This document shows, piece after piece, positions 27,999 through 41,264 of a DNA stretch of 64,000 bases. The stretch comes from Carcharhinus longimanus. Taxonomy: Eukaryota. The first letter of the stretch is position 1. Every line of letters starts with the position of its first letter. The notes beneath the pieces were generated by a model. It did no database searches, was not told the DNA's origin, and saw nothing but the letters and a program-made list of their open reading frames with translations. The translations under genes were made by a program, and so were the position numbers. Location of the stretch: positions 12,743,574 to 12,807,573 of the forward strand of contig JASCQW010000168.1 in assembly GCA_030264375.1 (NCBI GenBank). Reading direction: 5' to 3'.

Positions 27999-28430
27999 CA
28001 TAACTCCCCACCATTGGTAAAGTAGTAGCAGCAGGAGAGAATGTTCTGAAGTGTTCTTTCTTCAACCTTCAGACCTAAATTTAAACCAAGTTAGAACAAG
28101 TGGATTGAAAGTTTATTTTCTAAGTTAGCTAAAGGTTGTACAAGAAATATACTTAACAGGAATAACCCAGTTTCCTGTTAATGTGAGTCACAATACAAAT
28201 TGCCCAATATTTTGGCATACTTTTAGGCTTATTTGGCAGAATCACTTAGAATATCTGTTGTGGAAATAGGAACTAAAATTCAGGTTGACTAAGGTACATC
28301 TCACTGAAGTTCAACAAAACATTGTTGAGAGATGGAGCTGGCACCTTACACTATTTACTTAACCTGACTTTACTTGATCCAGGAGAGTCTAGTGCTGACA
28401 ATTATGCCAAAAATGCTAATGTTTCCGTTC

Positions 28431-28647
28431 TTCAATGGTGAGGTGGAGATGCCGGCATTGGACTTGGGTGGGCACAGTAGGAAGTCTCACAACACCAGGT
28501 TTATTTGGAATCTTGAGCTTTCAGAGTGCTGCTCTTTCATCAGGTGAGTGGAAACAAGCGCAGCATACATAGACAAAGACACAATTGCAAGATAATTACA
28601 GATCGGAATGTGAATGTGTTGTGAGACTTCTTACTGTTCAACGGTGA
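28431..28647 (-). mobile_element. Short Penelope-like element with hammerhead motif, short inverted arm and TSD
   Basis: TSD TTCAA(T/C)GGTGA at 28431-28441 and 28637-28647; tail+arm on the left, inverted gtgttgtgagacttcttact on the right. Confidence 0.75.
28511..28549 (-). ncRNA. Minimal type-I hammerhead ribozyme motif (stem I degenerate)
   Basis: Minus strand reads tcac-CTGATGA-a-AGAG-cagca-CTCT-GAAA-GCTC: conserved core, stem II and AGCT palindrome. Confidence 0.65.
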
Positions 28648-29748
28648 CACTTCTGGTCTTGGCAAGATCTGTAAACACACCCAAAATGCTGCCCAGGCCA
28701 ATATTCTTCCTTCAACCAACACCACCCAAAATAGGTTCACTTCATTGCTGTTTGTGGAATCTTGTAAATGCATCTCAGTTTGCTTACTTAGCAATAATCA
28801 CTGCGCTTAATAAGTAATTTATTGAATGTGAACTATTTTGGGGCATCTTGAAAAATGTGAAATGCTATTTAAATGGCATTTTTTATTTCAAAAATATACA
28901 GAATGTTATATATTCTGATTTACTTCTGAGAAATGTTGCAGTGATTATACCCTTGCAAGTGCTACACTATTTCATCAAAACACTTCACAAGAATTGCAGA
29001 CACGTTTTAAGCCGACAGGTTGTTATGGCAGGCATTTTATGGCTGGTTCTGCTGGATTATTTAACAGGGTTAATTTTGGATGAGGTTTTGTTCTGGGCTT
29101 CTAGGTTTTAATTTTAAAATGCCGCCAAATGCTCCTGGTTGTTTTTAAATTATTAAATACCAGGAAAAATTATCTCCTCCATGCACAAAAATAAAATTCT
29201 ACTAATTTGTCCTTGGTGATCATGGTTGCAGTGAACACATTAAACTATTTGCACTTTTACTGTACTTCCCAACCTGGGGGGAGACTGTTGAAAGTGTGGC
29301 CACATGTGGTGGGCGGAGGCAAAGAAGTAGATTCTGAGGTGTTTTATGAGAAGTAGGAAGTGGAATAATTTAAGAAGAGAATTCTAAAGTTCAGGGACAT
29401 GTTTGCTGAAAATTCTACTATTGATGTTTTCTTATTCATGAAATGTAGGCATCGCTGACTAGACCAGCATTTATTTCCCATCCCTAATTGCCCTTGAGAA
29501 GGTGGTGGTGAGCTGCCTTCATGAAGTGCAGTCCATGTGGTGTAGGTACACCCACAGTGCTGTTTGCGAAGCAGTTCCAGGATTTTGACCCATCAAGGCA
29601 ATGGTGATATGTTTCCAAGTCAGCTGGAGTGCTGTGTGCAGTTTTGGTNNNNNNNNNNNNNNNNNNNNNNNNNNNNNNNNNNNNNNNNNNNNNNNNNNNN
29701 NNNNNNNNNNNNNNNNNNNNNNNNNNNNNNNNNNNNNNNNNNNNNNNN

Positions 29749-29968
29749 CCCATAACCCCATGCATTTACCCTAGCTAGTCCCCCTGACACTAAGGGGTAA
29801 TTTAGCATGGCCAATCCACCTAACCAACACATCTTTGGACTGCGGGAGGAAACCGGAGCACCCGGAGGAAATCCACGCAAACACTGGGAGAACATGCAAG
29901 CTCCACACAGACTGAGACCCAAGCCGGGCCCCTGGCACTGTGAGGCAGCAGGGCTAACCACTGTGCCG
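29749..29968 (-). mobile_element. HE1 SINE, truncated by gap
   Basis: Reverse complement of the HE1 head and V-domain. Confidence 0.88.
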
Positions 29969-30471
29969 CACGAAGTTGAATTTCTTTCTTCCTGTTTTAA
30001 TTGTTGTCATACTCCTCCCTCAGATGTACTGGCATTATTCCTGAACTGACCTAGCTGGTTATCTCCTCCCCTGCAGTCAGCTATTGCTGCTCTGTAATAT
30101 TCCTGACTGGGTGGAAGTGGACACACAGAACTAACTGGGCCTCTGACATTCCACAGGTCACTTACTTGATGGGTAAATAGCACACTGCTTGCTTTCATTT
30201 TAATCTCTACTGCAGATACCACATGACATTTACTGTCGCCCAGCTCATTTCACTGGGCTGTTTGAGACTACATTTATTTTCCAGAGTTGTTTCCATTTGT
30301 AACACCTGGCTTGACAGATTCTGGAGCAAAACCACAATTTTTCACAATCCCCAGCTGAAAAATTGTCTGCAAAAGACTTTTGTCCATGTGCAAGAGATAG
30401 AAACAATAAAGCCAAGCTCTTCCATTTTTTTAAAATCTGTGATCAGATGGCATCAAATCTGTGATCAGATG

Positions 30472-30815
30472 GAGGCATGGTAGCACATTGGTCAGCACTG
30501 TTGTTTCACAGCTCCAGAGACCTGGGTTTGATTGCCACCTTGGGTCACTGTCTGTGTGGAGTTTGCACATTCTCCTCGTGTCTGCATGGGTTTCCTCCCG
30601 GTGCTCCAGTTTCCTCCCACAGTCCAAAGATGTACCGGTTAGGTTGATCGGCCATTCTAAATTGACCCTTAGTGTCAGTGGGATTAGTAGGTTAAATCTG
30701 GGAGGTTATATAAATCATATATTAAATATATTAAATCTATAGGGCCTGGATGGGACTGTGGTCGGTGCAGGATCGATGAGCCAAATAGCCTCCTTCTGCA
30801 CTGTAGGGGTTCTTT
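30472..30815 (+). mobile_element. HE1 SINE
   Basis: Full pattern with a short AT-rich insertion near 30710-30738. Confidence 0.9.
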
Positions 30816-31056
30816 GATATAACGTGAAGGTCGATGCTTATCTATCAAAAAAGGAATAGATTTGTCGAGCTGTTTGCTATTTTGTTTTCCTAAAACACCT
30901 TGCATTCTTACAAATAAACCCAGTTACTCACTACCATTAGCACAGCACGCACAGTGGAACGACCTGCTCATCATTTCTGAACAGACTCTTCAACCTGAAC
31001 CCTTCACCAGAATATGAAGTTGCTCTCAGCAGTAATGTTCCATCTTCCACTCTTAC

Positions 31057-31139
31057 CTCATGATATTGGAGGCATCTTCAGCATCAGGATCAGGACAGTA
31101 TTTATTTGCCAGAATTAGACATGCATCTGATGACTCTAT
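31057..31139 (-). CDS. KCNMA1: BK channel exon 12: [28 protein letters not shown]
   Basis: 83 nt, cag| and |gtaaga, phase 0-2. Confidence 0.98.
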
Positions 31140-31951
31140 CTGAGACACGGGAAAACATGAAAAACCAATGAAAGGCGTGGATCAGATGTGAAACCCAACA
31201 TCAAATTCAAACACAAGTTAGCAAACTCATGTTCAATGTAGATCGAGCTTAACTAGATTTTAAACTTCGGAGTAAGTATTAATCCAATATCAAGTTTAAT
31301 CAATCACTCCCTTATTTGTCATTTTGCATTGGAAAGCTGCATGGAAGAAAAGTTATCCTGATCAAATCATTCTCATGAAATTATTAAATGAAATGTCATT
31401 TCACAAATAACATATCTCAGGTTCTTCAGAGAGGATCATTCAAGGATCACACAGAAATCCCGCTCTTTACTTTAAAACAGAAAAAACACTTGTCCAACTC
31501 CAATGTAGCTGTGCCTTGTTGCTGCTGCTCATTAATAGATAGCAGCACTGTCCAGGATACCAAATGTCGACCTCTCTTGACTTTTGCTGATAATTTGGTC
31601 AACGATAGACCAGGGATTGGTTGCCCGAGAGGGGAGGTGGAAAACTGGCAGGTCACTTCTCAGTAACTGGAGAGGAGTGTCTGCAATGGTGCTGGTGGAA
31701 GTGGGAACTGACCAATCCTGGCTGGTTTTGATGGCTGTAAAAATGAGCTGACGGCTGTAGACAATCATGTTTGCCTGTTATGTAAATGAAGTAATAAAAA
31801 GGCAGGGTGGGAATTCCGATTGCAAGTTCACTCAATGTAGCTGGGTCCAACTGGACATCTATCTCTTAAATTTTCAACGCATGCTGGGTGTGCATTTTTT
31901 ATTAGTCAATGGTGGCTTTAAGTACTCCCAGCAAAGTACATCTAAATACAG

Positions 31952-34306
31952 AGTTGTAGTAGTGCCCTTGTTTAGTGTGTATATAAACCAAACTGGATTA
32001 AACTAATTCAATTTTTGTACCAGATGCCATGTTGTACACACTGGGGTTTTTGTTCTGCAAAGGTATCATAGTCTGGCAATGACAGTGGGATTGCAGATTC
32101 CCTCGCAGAACATATTTGGGCTGGAGAAGCTTCCAGCAAACTAGTGGAAGAACTTGTGAGTGTCCTTTCAGTGAAAGGAAGGCTTAAAAACGTGGGCTAG
32201 AAAGAAGTGTGCTAGACATGAGTGGACTGACCTTTGAAGATGATTGCATCAATGAGTATTATTGGGCGATTTGGGAAGTACAGCCATGACCAAGAAGCTA
32301 TTGATGCACATGTGGAACAGATAGAGATATTTCTCAGTACGAGCAATATTCTTTAAGATCCTAATAATCCAGCTGTGAAGCAGGCAGTGGGACAAGATTT
32401 TTGACTGAAGCAGATCCAGAAGTGTACGGAATGCTCAAAAGTCAGCTCAGCCAAAAGACAATGCTGTCAAACAATTTTAACCCGAAGCCACTGGAGATTG
32501 CAGAAAGCTATCAATTTGGGACAAGATATAAGCAGCCCAGTGAGGATATCGGAGAAGTTATCATGGCCTTGAAAAAGAATCCAAAGTCTCCAGGATCCAC
32601 TCTAGCTGCAGTCCAGATGCAGAGATGGATTATGATTTCTGCCTACAGGCATAATATTAAGTATGGACAATTGGAAGATCATTGTGATGCTGATGCAATG
32701 TATAGATTACCCATCTCCAGAGGTAGAGTCCAAAAGGAAAGATGCATTTTTCTTTTCGCAAGTAGATGGGTTAGTAATCACAGCAGATGATGTTGGTAGA
32801 ACAACGTGCAGGGACCCCAGATTGACAAAGGTATATGACTATACCACAAATGGATGGCCAAACACAGTGAATGTAGAAATCAGGCCATTATTTATGTATA
32901 AGAATGAGTTGTCAGTTGATAAAGGTTGTGTCGTGTGGGGAACCAGAGTTGGTAGTTGCTGAAGAGTGCGGATTGCCGTTGCTATGTGATTTACAATGAT
33001 CAACACTTCAGGATGAGTTTGACAAAGCGACCATCTTTGATGGCTAGGGTTAGATAAGGACATAGAAGACAGTGAAATAGTAAAGAGTTGTCAGGCGGTA
33101 GAGGAGCAGCCACCAACAAGATTGTTACAACCATGGAAATGGACAGATAGAGTGTGACAGAAGCTATGCGCTGGTTTCGCAGAATCTGAACGGCTATAAG
33201 TGTTCACTGTGATAGCCAGATTGGATTGAGGGGTTCCTGATGAATCAAACAACTAATAAAACTGTCGCGATTTTGAGTAGTTAGTTTGCTGCTTATGGGT
33301 TCCCAGAGGAAATCGTGTATGACAATGGGTCTCAGTTTTATACATAGGAGTTTGCATAATTCATAGAATGAACAGGATAAAACACATCAGAGTTCCACCA
33401 TTTCATCCTGCTTTCAACAGAGCAACCCAGTGCACAGTACAACTTGTTAGGCGTGCTCTTGATAAGAAGATATGAGGTACAATTGTAAAGAAACATCAAT
33501 TTTTACTGGATCACAGGCTGGAGAATTTTCTGTTTATTTATCGTAACACACTATTTCAGGCAGAACTCCACCTGAAATGTTTCTTAAAAGACCTTTCAGA
33601 ACAAGATTCTCACTGCTGAAGCCACACATCATGGTCAGTAGAACAGAAACAATCAAGACAGAAAGAGTCTTGGTAGGAATAGGGTAAGTGAAAAGAAGTC
33701 TGAAATTGAACTAGAAGGTTAAGATGAAAGGTAAGTGGTTGCCATGGCTACCAAGAAGAGTTGTGAAAGTATGTGGTCCTTGCACATACTTGCTTAAGAT
33801 GTTGGGGTTAGATTTTCATATATAGCTATGTTTGCCTTCAGAGATTCACAGAGAAGTTAGGAAGAATCAAATGAGCTGATGAATCAGATAGTTGGGATAT
33901 GAGTGGGACACAAATATTTACTCCAATACAAGGCATGTCTGAAACCAGTTCAAATCCACATCAGAGCCAGACAGACATGTCTCAAGAAGTGAAAAATTCA
34001 ATTGAAGGTTAAGGCCAAAATCATTTTGTGTTGGAGAAAACTTCTCCACACACATGGCCAGAGGTCACCAAGTTCTGAAAATGTGTGTCAGAAAGGGAGA
34101 TATCCTCTTAGGAACAGGAAACCAGTGGTTAGTTTGACATGTAGATAAATGAAAAACCAGAAATGTATATGAGTTGTGTAAGGGAACAAGAGCATTGTGC
34201 CCTTTGTGGGCCATTTATGTATATAAGCCTAACTGGATTAAATTAATTTCACATTTGTACCAGACTCCATTCTGTACACACGTGATTTTGTTTAGCAAAG
34301 ATAACA
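31952..34306 (+). mobile_element. Decayed, internally deleted Gypsy element with both short LTRs
   Basis: Diverged direct repeats ~31952-32070 and ~34190-34306 (tatataa..aactggattaaa..tttgtaccaga..tgtacacac); gag FNPKPLEIAESYQF; HCDADAMYRLP; ELSVDKGCVVWGTRV; integrase GFPEEIVYDNGSQF. Confidence 0.85.
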
Positions 34307-35827
34307 GAAGAGTATGCTTCCTTTACTCTGTGCTAACAATGTACCATAACAGGAGAAGCATTCTCTGCTGCACTAGCAAGACATGCTCACATAGGAAAAT
34401 AGGAATTAGGAGCAGAAATAGGCAAACTCAGCCCTTTGAGCCTGCTCACCATTCAATCTGATCATGGCTGGTATTTCCCTGGTCTCAAATCCACCTCCCC
34501 ACCTGTTCCCCATTTCCTTTTTTCAAAAAAGGTGGTTCACTCAGCCACCTATATGGCAGTTCTGAATGTGATCATCAGTATTTTAGTAATTTTGCCCAAA
34601 CTCTGGCAGTATTGTACTTTGGAGCCATGTCCATTAATTAGCAGTGGACTCAAGCTGGTCTGAAACCTACTGTACCTCTCAGACAGACAAGATTTTTATT
34701 TTACTAGCCTGGACTGAGTTCGAACATAGCTCTCAGCCCATAGAAAGAGGGTAAATAAAATGCAATAAAACAAAATCCATTGATGCAGAATTCAAGTTTA
34801 ATCAATATTATCATTGCCAGTTGATGGCTACCATGACACCCAACTTCCCAGAGTTTGTCTTGTCCCAGAATTGGCTGCAAATGTAACAGTGAGTTTAATG
34901 AGAAAACAATTGTTAATGAGAAAACAATTGTTAATGAGCAAATAACCCTACACTTTGAGGCAGGATAGAGGTATATTGAAAGTTGTGAATCATCAAGTTA
35001 CTGGACAATTTGAGTGGTGCAGTTTCACAAAAATAAACCTCCCTGGGAATTTCAAGAAATTGTGGCATTTGCCCAGAAGGCATGAATTAAATACCCTGGA
35101 GGATATTAGGGCTGATACTTGCAACATAAGGACTCTTTTAAGGACAAAATTTGCATTTCTGCAATTCTGCACAACCTCTCCAGTCCAGAAAGGCTGCACT
35201 CGAAACTGTGGAGTCTCAATCCTGTGGGTAGTAAATTGTTATTAGAGATTTTGAAAATGTATTTACTTTTCTTGTTTACTTTTTTTTTCCAAACCTAATT
35301 TCAAGCTGAAAGGCAAGAAAAATAAATCTAAGAGGGCATGCCCCTCCTGTAAACTCTGTACCATTGCCCATCATTACAACGACAGGATGTATCTGTGCAA
35401 CTCAGAGGGTTGATAGATGGTTGATACACAAGGCAGCCTTAATTACACCCAGATTTGATGAACAGTGATGGCTGCAGTCATCTTCAAGACTTTCCACTCC
35501 AGGTAGCAGACATCAATGGGCAGCGGCTGCAAAATCGATCCTGTTGTTTGCAGTTGTACATGATGCTGGGTTCCATTTCACTGCCTCTTACACACCGGCT
35601 AGGTTTTCTTACACTAAACGAGATGCAGCTTTCTAAACAAAGCAAGAAAAATCTCAAGCACATCCATCCACAGTGACTTTGAAAATGTGCAGCTGATAAA
35701 TCAGAAACTGTGGAGGCGGGGGGAGCCTTTTCTGAGTTAAAGCAAACTTTACTGCCCTGGTTATAATATAAAAAAATCATATCATAGCACACAAGGCAGT
35801 AGAGTCAGAAAAAGGATACAGGATTAC

Positions 35828-35933
35828 CTTGACTCTGGCTAGATCGTGAGGGTTCAGGACAGAACCTTGGAAGAATTCCACCTGAGTGAAATGTCTTTTA
35901 AAAAGGGCTTCGAGCTCAAGGTTAGGGGAAATA
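35828..35933 (-). CDS. KCNMA1: BK channel exon 11: [35 protein letters not shown]
   Basis: 106 nt, cag| and |gtaatc, phase 2-0; translation matches Slo1 RCK1. Confidence 0.98.
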
Positions 35934-37642
35934 CTGGGGAGGAAAAAAAAACAAATCGAAACAGTTAGTCAAAAAATACATGCAACATTTAGGCAAGATA
36001 AATACAAACATTGACAATCGAGCCTTAAGTATATATATTTTATGTGTAATATTTTAATACAAGGCAATTCTAGATGAATATCAACACTGAGTGGCAATGT
36101 AACCTCTGCTGATCTAAGCCCCAGCGTTCTGACACTGAGAGATCAAGGTCTCATTCTACTTCTAGGGACGAGGTAAGTTTTAAGACATTTCTTAAAATCT
36201 ACCTCTTTGATCAAGCTTTTACCTACCTGTCACAGTACCCCCTTAAGTGGCTTGGTGTCAAAATTTGTCTGCGAAATGCCTCAGGATATTTTACGACTGT
36301 TAAGGTGCTATAAAAATGCAAGTTTCTTGGGCCCAGGGCCGGGCAACATTTGGTTTAATGTATGGTCCTAGATACAAAGTGTTAGGAGCGAGGTTACTCT
36401 TGCCCACATTCAAAGATTAAATGGTTTTGTCACTTGCAACTCGCAGCTAGCATTGTAACTTGGGTCTGCCAGCTTCACCTTGCACAGAATAGGTGATGGT
36501 TTAATGAAGCTTTAATATAAGCCACGCAGCTGGAGACTTTATAGATAAAGCTTGTTATTTGAATGGGCCTTGACAGGAGCATACACTCAAACAACATAGA
36601 CAGAGCTCACAGCTCATTGTGCCTTTACTGTCTTTCTGAATGAGCTAATCTCAATTCCTTGTGTTTCCCCATAGCCCTGCAATGTTTATCTTTTTAAATA
36701 TGCATCCACCTCTCTTTTGAAAGGTACAACTGTGTCTCTTTTCACCACCCTCTCAAGCAGAGAGCATCTCCAATCGTAACCAGTAGCTGCATAACGAAAC
36801 AAGTTCTCATTTTCCCTGTTTTTTTATTGACAATTATCTTTAAAAATTCCCTGATCACTGACGCCGCTGCCATTATTCCCTACCTACTTTTTCCAAAATC
36901 TCTCAATCATATCAACTTAGGTTCTGCTGACCCACTAGGATACCTCATTCCTAACTCAAGGTTTTACTGCCTTCCCACAAGGAGTGGTTTTCTGCTCCTG
37001 CGCTTTCAATGATAAAGAGTACAGGGAGTCCTGGTCGGACAGCAGGTTACAACCGTCCAGCCCACGTTCTCCCACCTACAATCGCCAAGGGAGGATGCAT
37101 CCTTTATAAAACCTGATGGGATTTTACAAAGCAAAAAATCATGACAAACAAAAACCGGCTTCACTGGAACATGTTCTTTCAAGGTGGACCGATTTCATTT
37201 TCCCTCCCTCTGGTGCTTTGGTCTGTACATATTGCACTCAACGATTTACAAAAGGAACATCACACATCAATCCACTTGACACATTCCTTCAGCTCCTTAA
37301 AACGTTCATGAGGGATTCTACTTGCCAACTAAAACTGATTGCTGGGGATTACACATCAAGAATCTTGGGATGAAGATAACTAGCATTTTTCTGAAGCCTA
37401 CAGTCCAAATGCTGCACGAAGCTGTTTCGGAATGGACGATAGAGGCGCCACCAAACCGTAGGATAAAGGTTTGCATGTCAGGATTCCCCTGATGGCAATT
37501 TCTGACGATAGGTTGTCTGCCTTGGTTGGGCTGGGGTAAGTCTCCTCCCCAGATCAGTCCTGGGCTGCTTCTTCATTGCTTCCTGCCTGTTGCAAGGTTG
37601 CTGAATCTTTAGCTGGGCAATGGCACAGGTAACTAGTAACAG

Positions 37643-37709
37643 GTAATTAGAAATTACAATATCCCTCTGGGGATAAATGAAAAAGGGGGATATTATAATT
37701 TCTAATTAC
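37643..37709. other. Near-perfect hairpin: 26-bp stem, 15-nt loop
   Basis: gtaattagaaattacaatatccctct / agggggatattataatttctaattac, 24 of 26 pairs Watson-Crick. Confidence 0.85.
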
Positions 37710-38739
37710 TCTGACCATTTTCAAATTCAGGTCCAAAGACAATTGAATGAGTGCAATCTGCTGGTTCCATGACAAAATGCAGAGGGACACATGTTTATTT
37801 AATAATGTTGAAAAGAATTGTAATTAATTAGGCTCTGAGAGGACAAGTCCTTTCTATGAAATTAACTGTTTTAAATATGTTCTCTTTTTGTTAGTTTGAG
37901 GTAATCGAGCTTGTATTGTGCCGGAAGTTGAGATCTGCTAGAACCTGGTAGGATTCAGCATTGTCTTCCTGTCGGAATCAGGTTTATTCATGGGTTTGCT
38001 AGCCCCCCTCCCCATCCCCCATGTCCCTCTGCAACTTCTTACCGAAAAGCATTGGTTGATGGATGGTTCCATTGGTGCCTCACACCCAGAGGTATTGCAA
38101 ATCCAAATAGTTATTGTTAACATGCTAACTCAGACAGGAATTTAGGTGCATCACAGCTGAATCAGATTCAGTCCCTAGTCAATAGTCACACATATAAATG
38201 TTCCAACATTACATCGTGGGTGCCTGAGTCAAGCTGCCTCCTACCTAATCCAAACTGGACTGATCACTGGCCCACAGCATGGTTGGTCCATTCAGCAGGA
38301 TGCACTGCAGTGGGTGGGGTTGGGGGAAGAGGGGGGATGGTGAGCGCTTTGGCCTGAGACATTTGCTGCTTTTCATCGCTCACTTACTCACTGCCTAGTC
38401 TTGCGTAGCCTTTGATGGAGCTCCTGGGATCATTTTATATCATTACGATCCACATCCACAGTTTAGGAAAATCAGCAGCTACAGATGCTGCTGGGATGAA
38501 GTAAGTGAATTGCTCCGCTCCCCTGCCGATGTGTTAATCCAGAGAACAGAAGACTGAAACCACAGGCAATGAATCAAATCATCACTGCTATCAATAATAT
38601 AGCTCACAGTGGTCCAGCCAAAGCTCAGTCATGCTAATCTATTTAGCATCATTTCTAAAATGAGATGAAGCAGCGATGTCATTTGAAAAGATGTTTTATT
38701 CCAGCACACATACGCTGCTATAACATTCCCTGTGTCCTT

Positions 38740-39050
38740 TTCAACCATTACAACAACCTCTGCCTTTACAATATTGCAAGATCCCCAGGTATTTCATGGG
38801 AACAATTACCAAACACAGCCACTTAAGGGAGTATTAGGACAGGGGGCTAATGCTTATTCATAGATGTAGGTTTAGATTTGTATCCCAAGGAAGGAGAGGT
38901 GGTGAGATGGAGAGGTCTGGGGAGCGAATTCCAGATTGTAGGGCCCAGGCAATGGAAGGAATGGGTGCTGATGGCAAGGAAAAGAACTTTGAGGGTGCAC
39001 AAGAGGCAGAATTGGAGATGTACAGAGAATTCAAAATGTTGTCGCAACTG
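38740..39050 (-). mobile_element. L2-like LINE 3' fragment
   Basis: SFHCLGPTIWNSLPRPL RT C-terminal motif. Confidence 0.65.
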
Positions 39051-39309
39051 GAGTTGGTTACCGAGATGGAAAACAAACCTGCTGGGAGTTTTAGTATTTA
39101 TTGTGTCACATTTATGATCACATAATGGAGCCCTTTGATCCAGTGTTTAGAAGGGCTTTACATTAACAATGGCTTGGTGATGAAGTCTCAGTGTCTGATC
39201 TATTTGGGCACGAGGGTCTCCAGTTTGATGTCAAGTCAGCTGATCTCCACTCACATTGCCATCGTGCTACAAATCCCCACGCCACCCTGGATCTTGGAGT
39301 GGAATTTTA

Positions 39310-39503
39310 GGCCGGAATTTTCCAACCATTCCCGCCAGTAGGACCTTACAGTCTGACCGACAGTGAATCCCCGCTGTGGGTTTTCCGGTGCTGCATAGAA
39401 TAGGAAACCCCACTGACAGCACCAAAACCCGAAGATCTCGCTGTCGGCCAATGGCAGGCACAAAACATGCCACAGGGAGACGGTTGTGGGGGGGAATCCC
39501 GCC
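39310..39503. mobile_element. GC-rich MITE-like element
   Basis: Imperfect terminal inverted repeats ggccggaattttcc / ggggaatcccgcc; older similar elements probably at ~1918-2578 and ~14420-14935. Confidence 0.5.
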
Positions 39504-40574
39504 ATTGACTGACCACAGCTTACTGTTCCTATAGGAGCTCCTGTCTGATACACTGACTGTCCTTTCTCATTTTAGCTGTTGTTTGTTGCCAGCACTTCTA
39601 CTTTTCATCATTAGATTGTTCCATGACACGCTGAGGACACCAAGTTGGGAAATAGATGAATGACATTTCAGTGGATGACAAGCTCTTAAAACCTTATAGA
39701 TTTTTCAGGGTGACAATCTTTTCAAGCCAGTACAATAGTGGCGGAAAATCAGAGCTCCATTAGTGTTTTCTTTGTCTTCCCAATTTTCTCACCACCCTGC
39801 AGCTGGAGTACTGTGTGCAGTTTTGGTCGCCGCACTTACGCAAGGATATTTTGGCCTTGGAGGGAGTGCAGAGNNNNNNNNNNNNNNNNNNNNNNNNNNN
39901 NNNNNNNNNNNNNNNNNNNNNNNNNNNNNNNNNNNNNNNNNNNNNNNNNNNNNNNNNNNNNNNNNNNNNNNNNGATCTTATTGAATGGCGGGGCAGGCTC
40001 GAAGGGCTAGATGGCCTACTCCTGCTCCTATTTCTTATGTTCTTACACTGAGTGGACGCCAGGGTGGGGGTGGAGTAGAGACATGGAGGTATCCTGACTA
40101 AGTGTGAGCCAGGACAATGAGTCAAGGGCATGTGGTGTCTTTAAACCCATCCCTGCTCTCTCACAATTACACTTTCCAAGCGTGGTCACTAATTAAGTGG
40201 ACTTGTTTTTACCCCAGCCCAGGGATGGTGCGTTTATCGTTACCATCAGCCAGGGACAGCTGCCCTTGCCACCTTTATTCTGCAGTGTTCGTACTCATGA
40301 AACCACCAATCCATTTTGAACTAGCCTTCCAGCCCAGACACTGGGCTTTTTAAGAATGGGAAGACATGTAAACATGGAATAGGGCCGCAGTCGACACTTG
40401 CATCTGTATCCCTCTCTTTCTACCTTATTTAACACGAGACTAACTAACAGATTCACAAACATACGGGTTTTGCTTTTTCAGCATCTTGCTTTGATTGAAA
40501 CATGAATTATTTTAGTCAATCACACTACAGTTCGGCACGTCACAGTTCCAATGTAAATCAAAGCTTTTACTTAC

Positions 40575-40685
40575 TTGTGCAGAAAGACTATTTCTACGTT
40601 CACATCATCCCTGTCCTTGTGCAAGAAGTCCTTTAGAAAATTGGAGACACTCTCTAGTGTGATGTGTCCACACACTACTATATGC
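40575..40685 (-). CDS. KCNMA1: BK channel exon 10 (RCK1 start): [36 protein letters not shown]
   Basis: 111 nt, cag| and |gtaagt, phase 2-2; contains the RCK1 DFLHKDRDD Ca2+-site acidic residues. Confidence 0.98.
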
Positions 40686-41264
40686 CTGTTAAAAGTGAGA
40701 GCAAACCGGGTTAACAATCAGTGCCAGAGCTAAGATCAAAAGATTCTCACATTAATGCAGTCTTAATGTTTCACCAGAGAGACAAAATGGTGGTGTTGTG
40801 ACAGGAGGTGATGGATTTCTGTTTGTGAAAAAGCAGGAAATGCTCATGAACTTTTGGAATTCTGTGTTCATCATACAGGAGAATGCCAAATTCATCCTAT
40901 AAGTTAAACTCCAGCAAGATTTCTAAATGGGCCTGAAAAGCCTCTCCCCTCTACCTTAGCGTGCTCCTATAGTACAACATAAGTTTTTACTTTGCTCTTG
41001 ATCAAACCCACAAGTTACTGGGACAAGATATAAACAAACACCCAACTTGTCAAATGCGTAATTAGTCAAACCCCAATATGGATGATTGGCAATTCTGAGG
41101 TCACACAAAGCATTCTGGCGAAATCCTGGTCTGTTTTCTCTCACTGACTTCAACTGCAAAAGCCTTTTCTCTGCCACTTTCACAGGAACAGCTAATCACT
41201 CTCGATTTCACCTTATTTTGAAAGTTTAGAGATTTTGAAACATTTTTTCTGAAAGCACCAATGG

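Noticed and set aside
34895-34938. 18-bp tandem duplication ttaatgagaaaacaattg
   Set aside because: Ordinary slippage duplication
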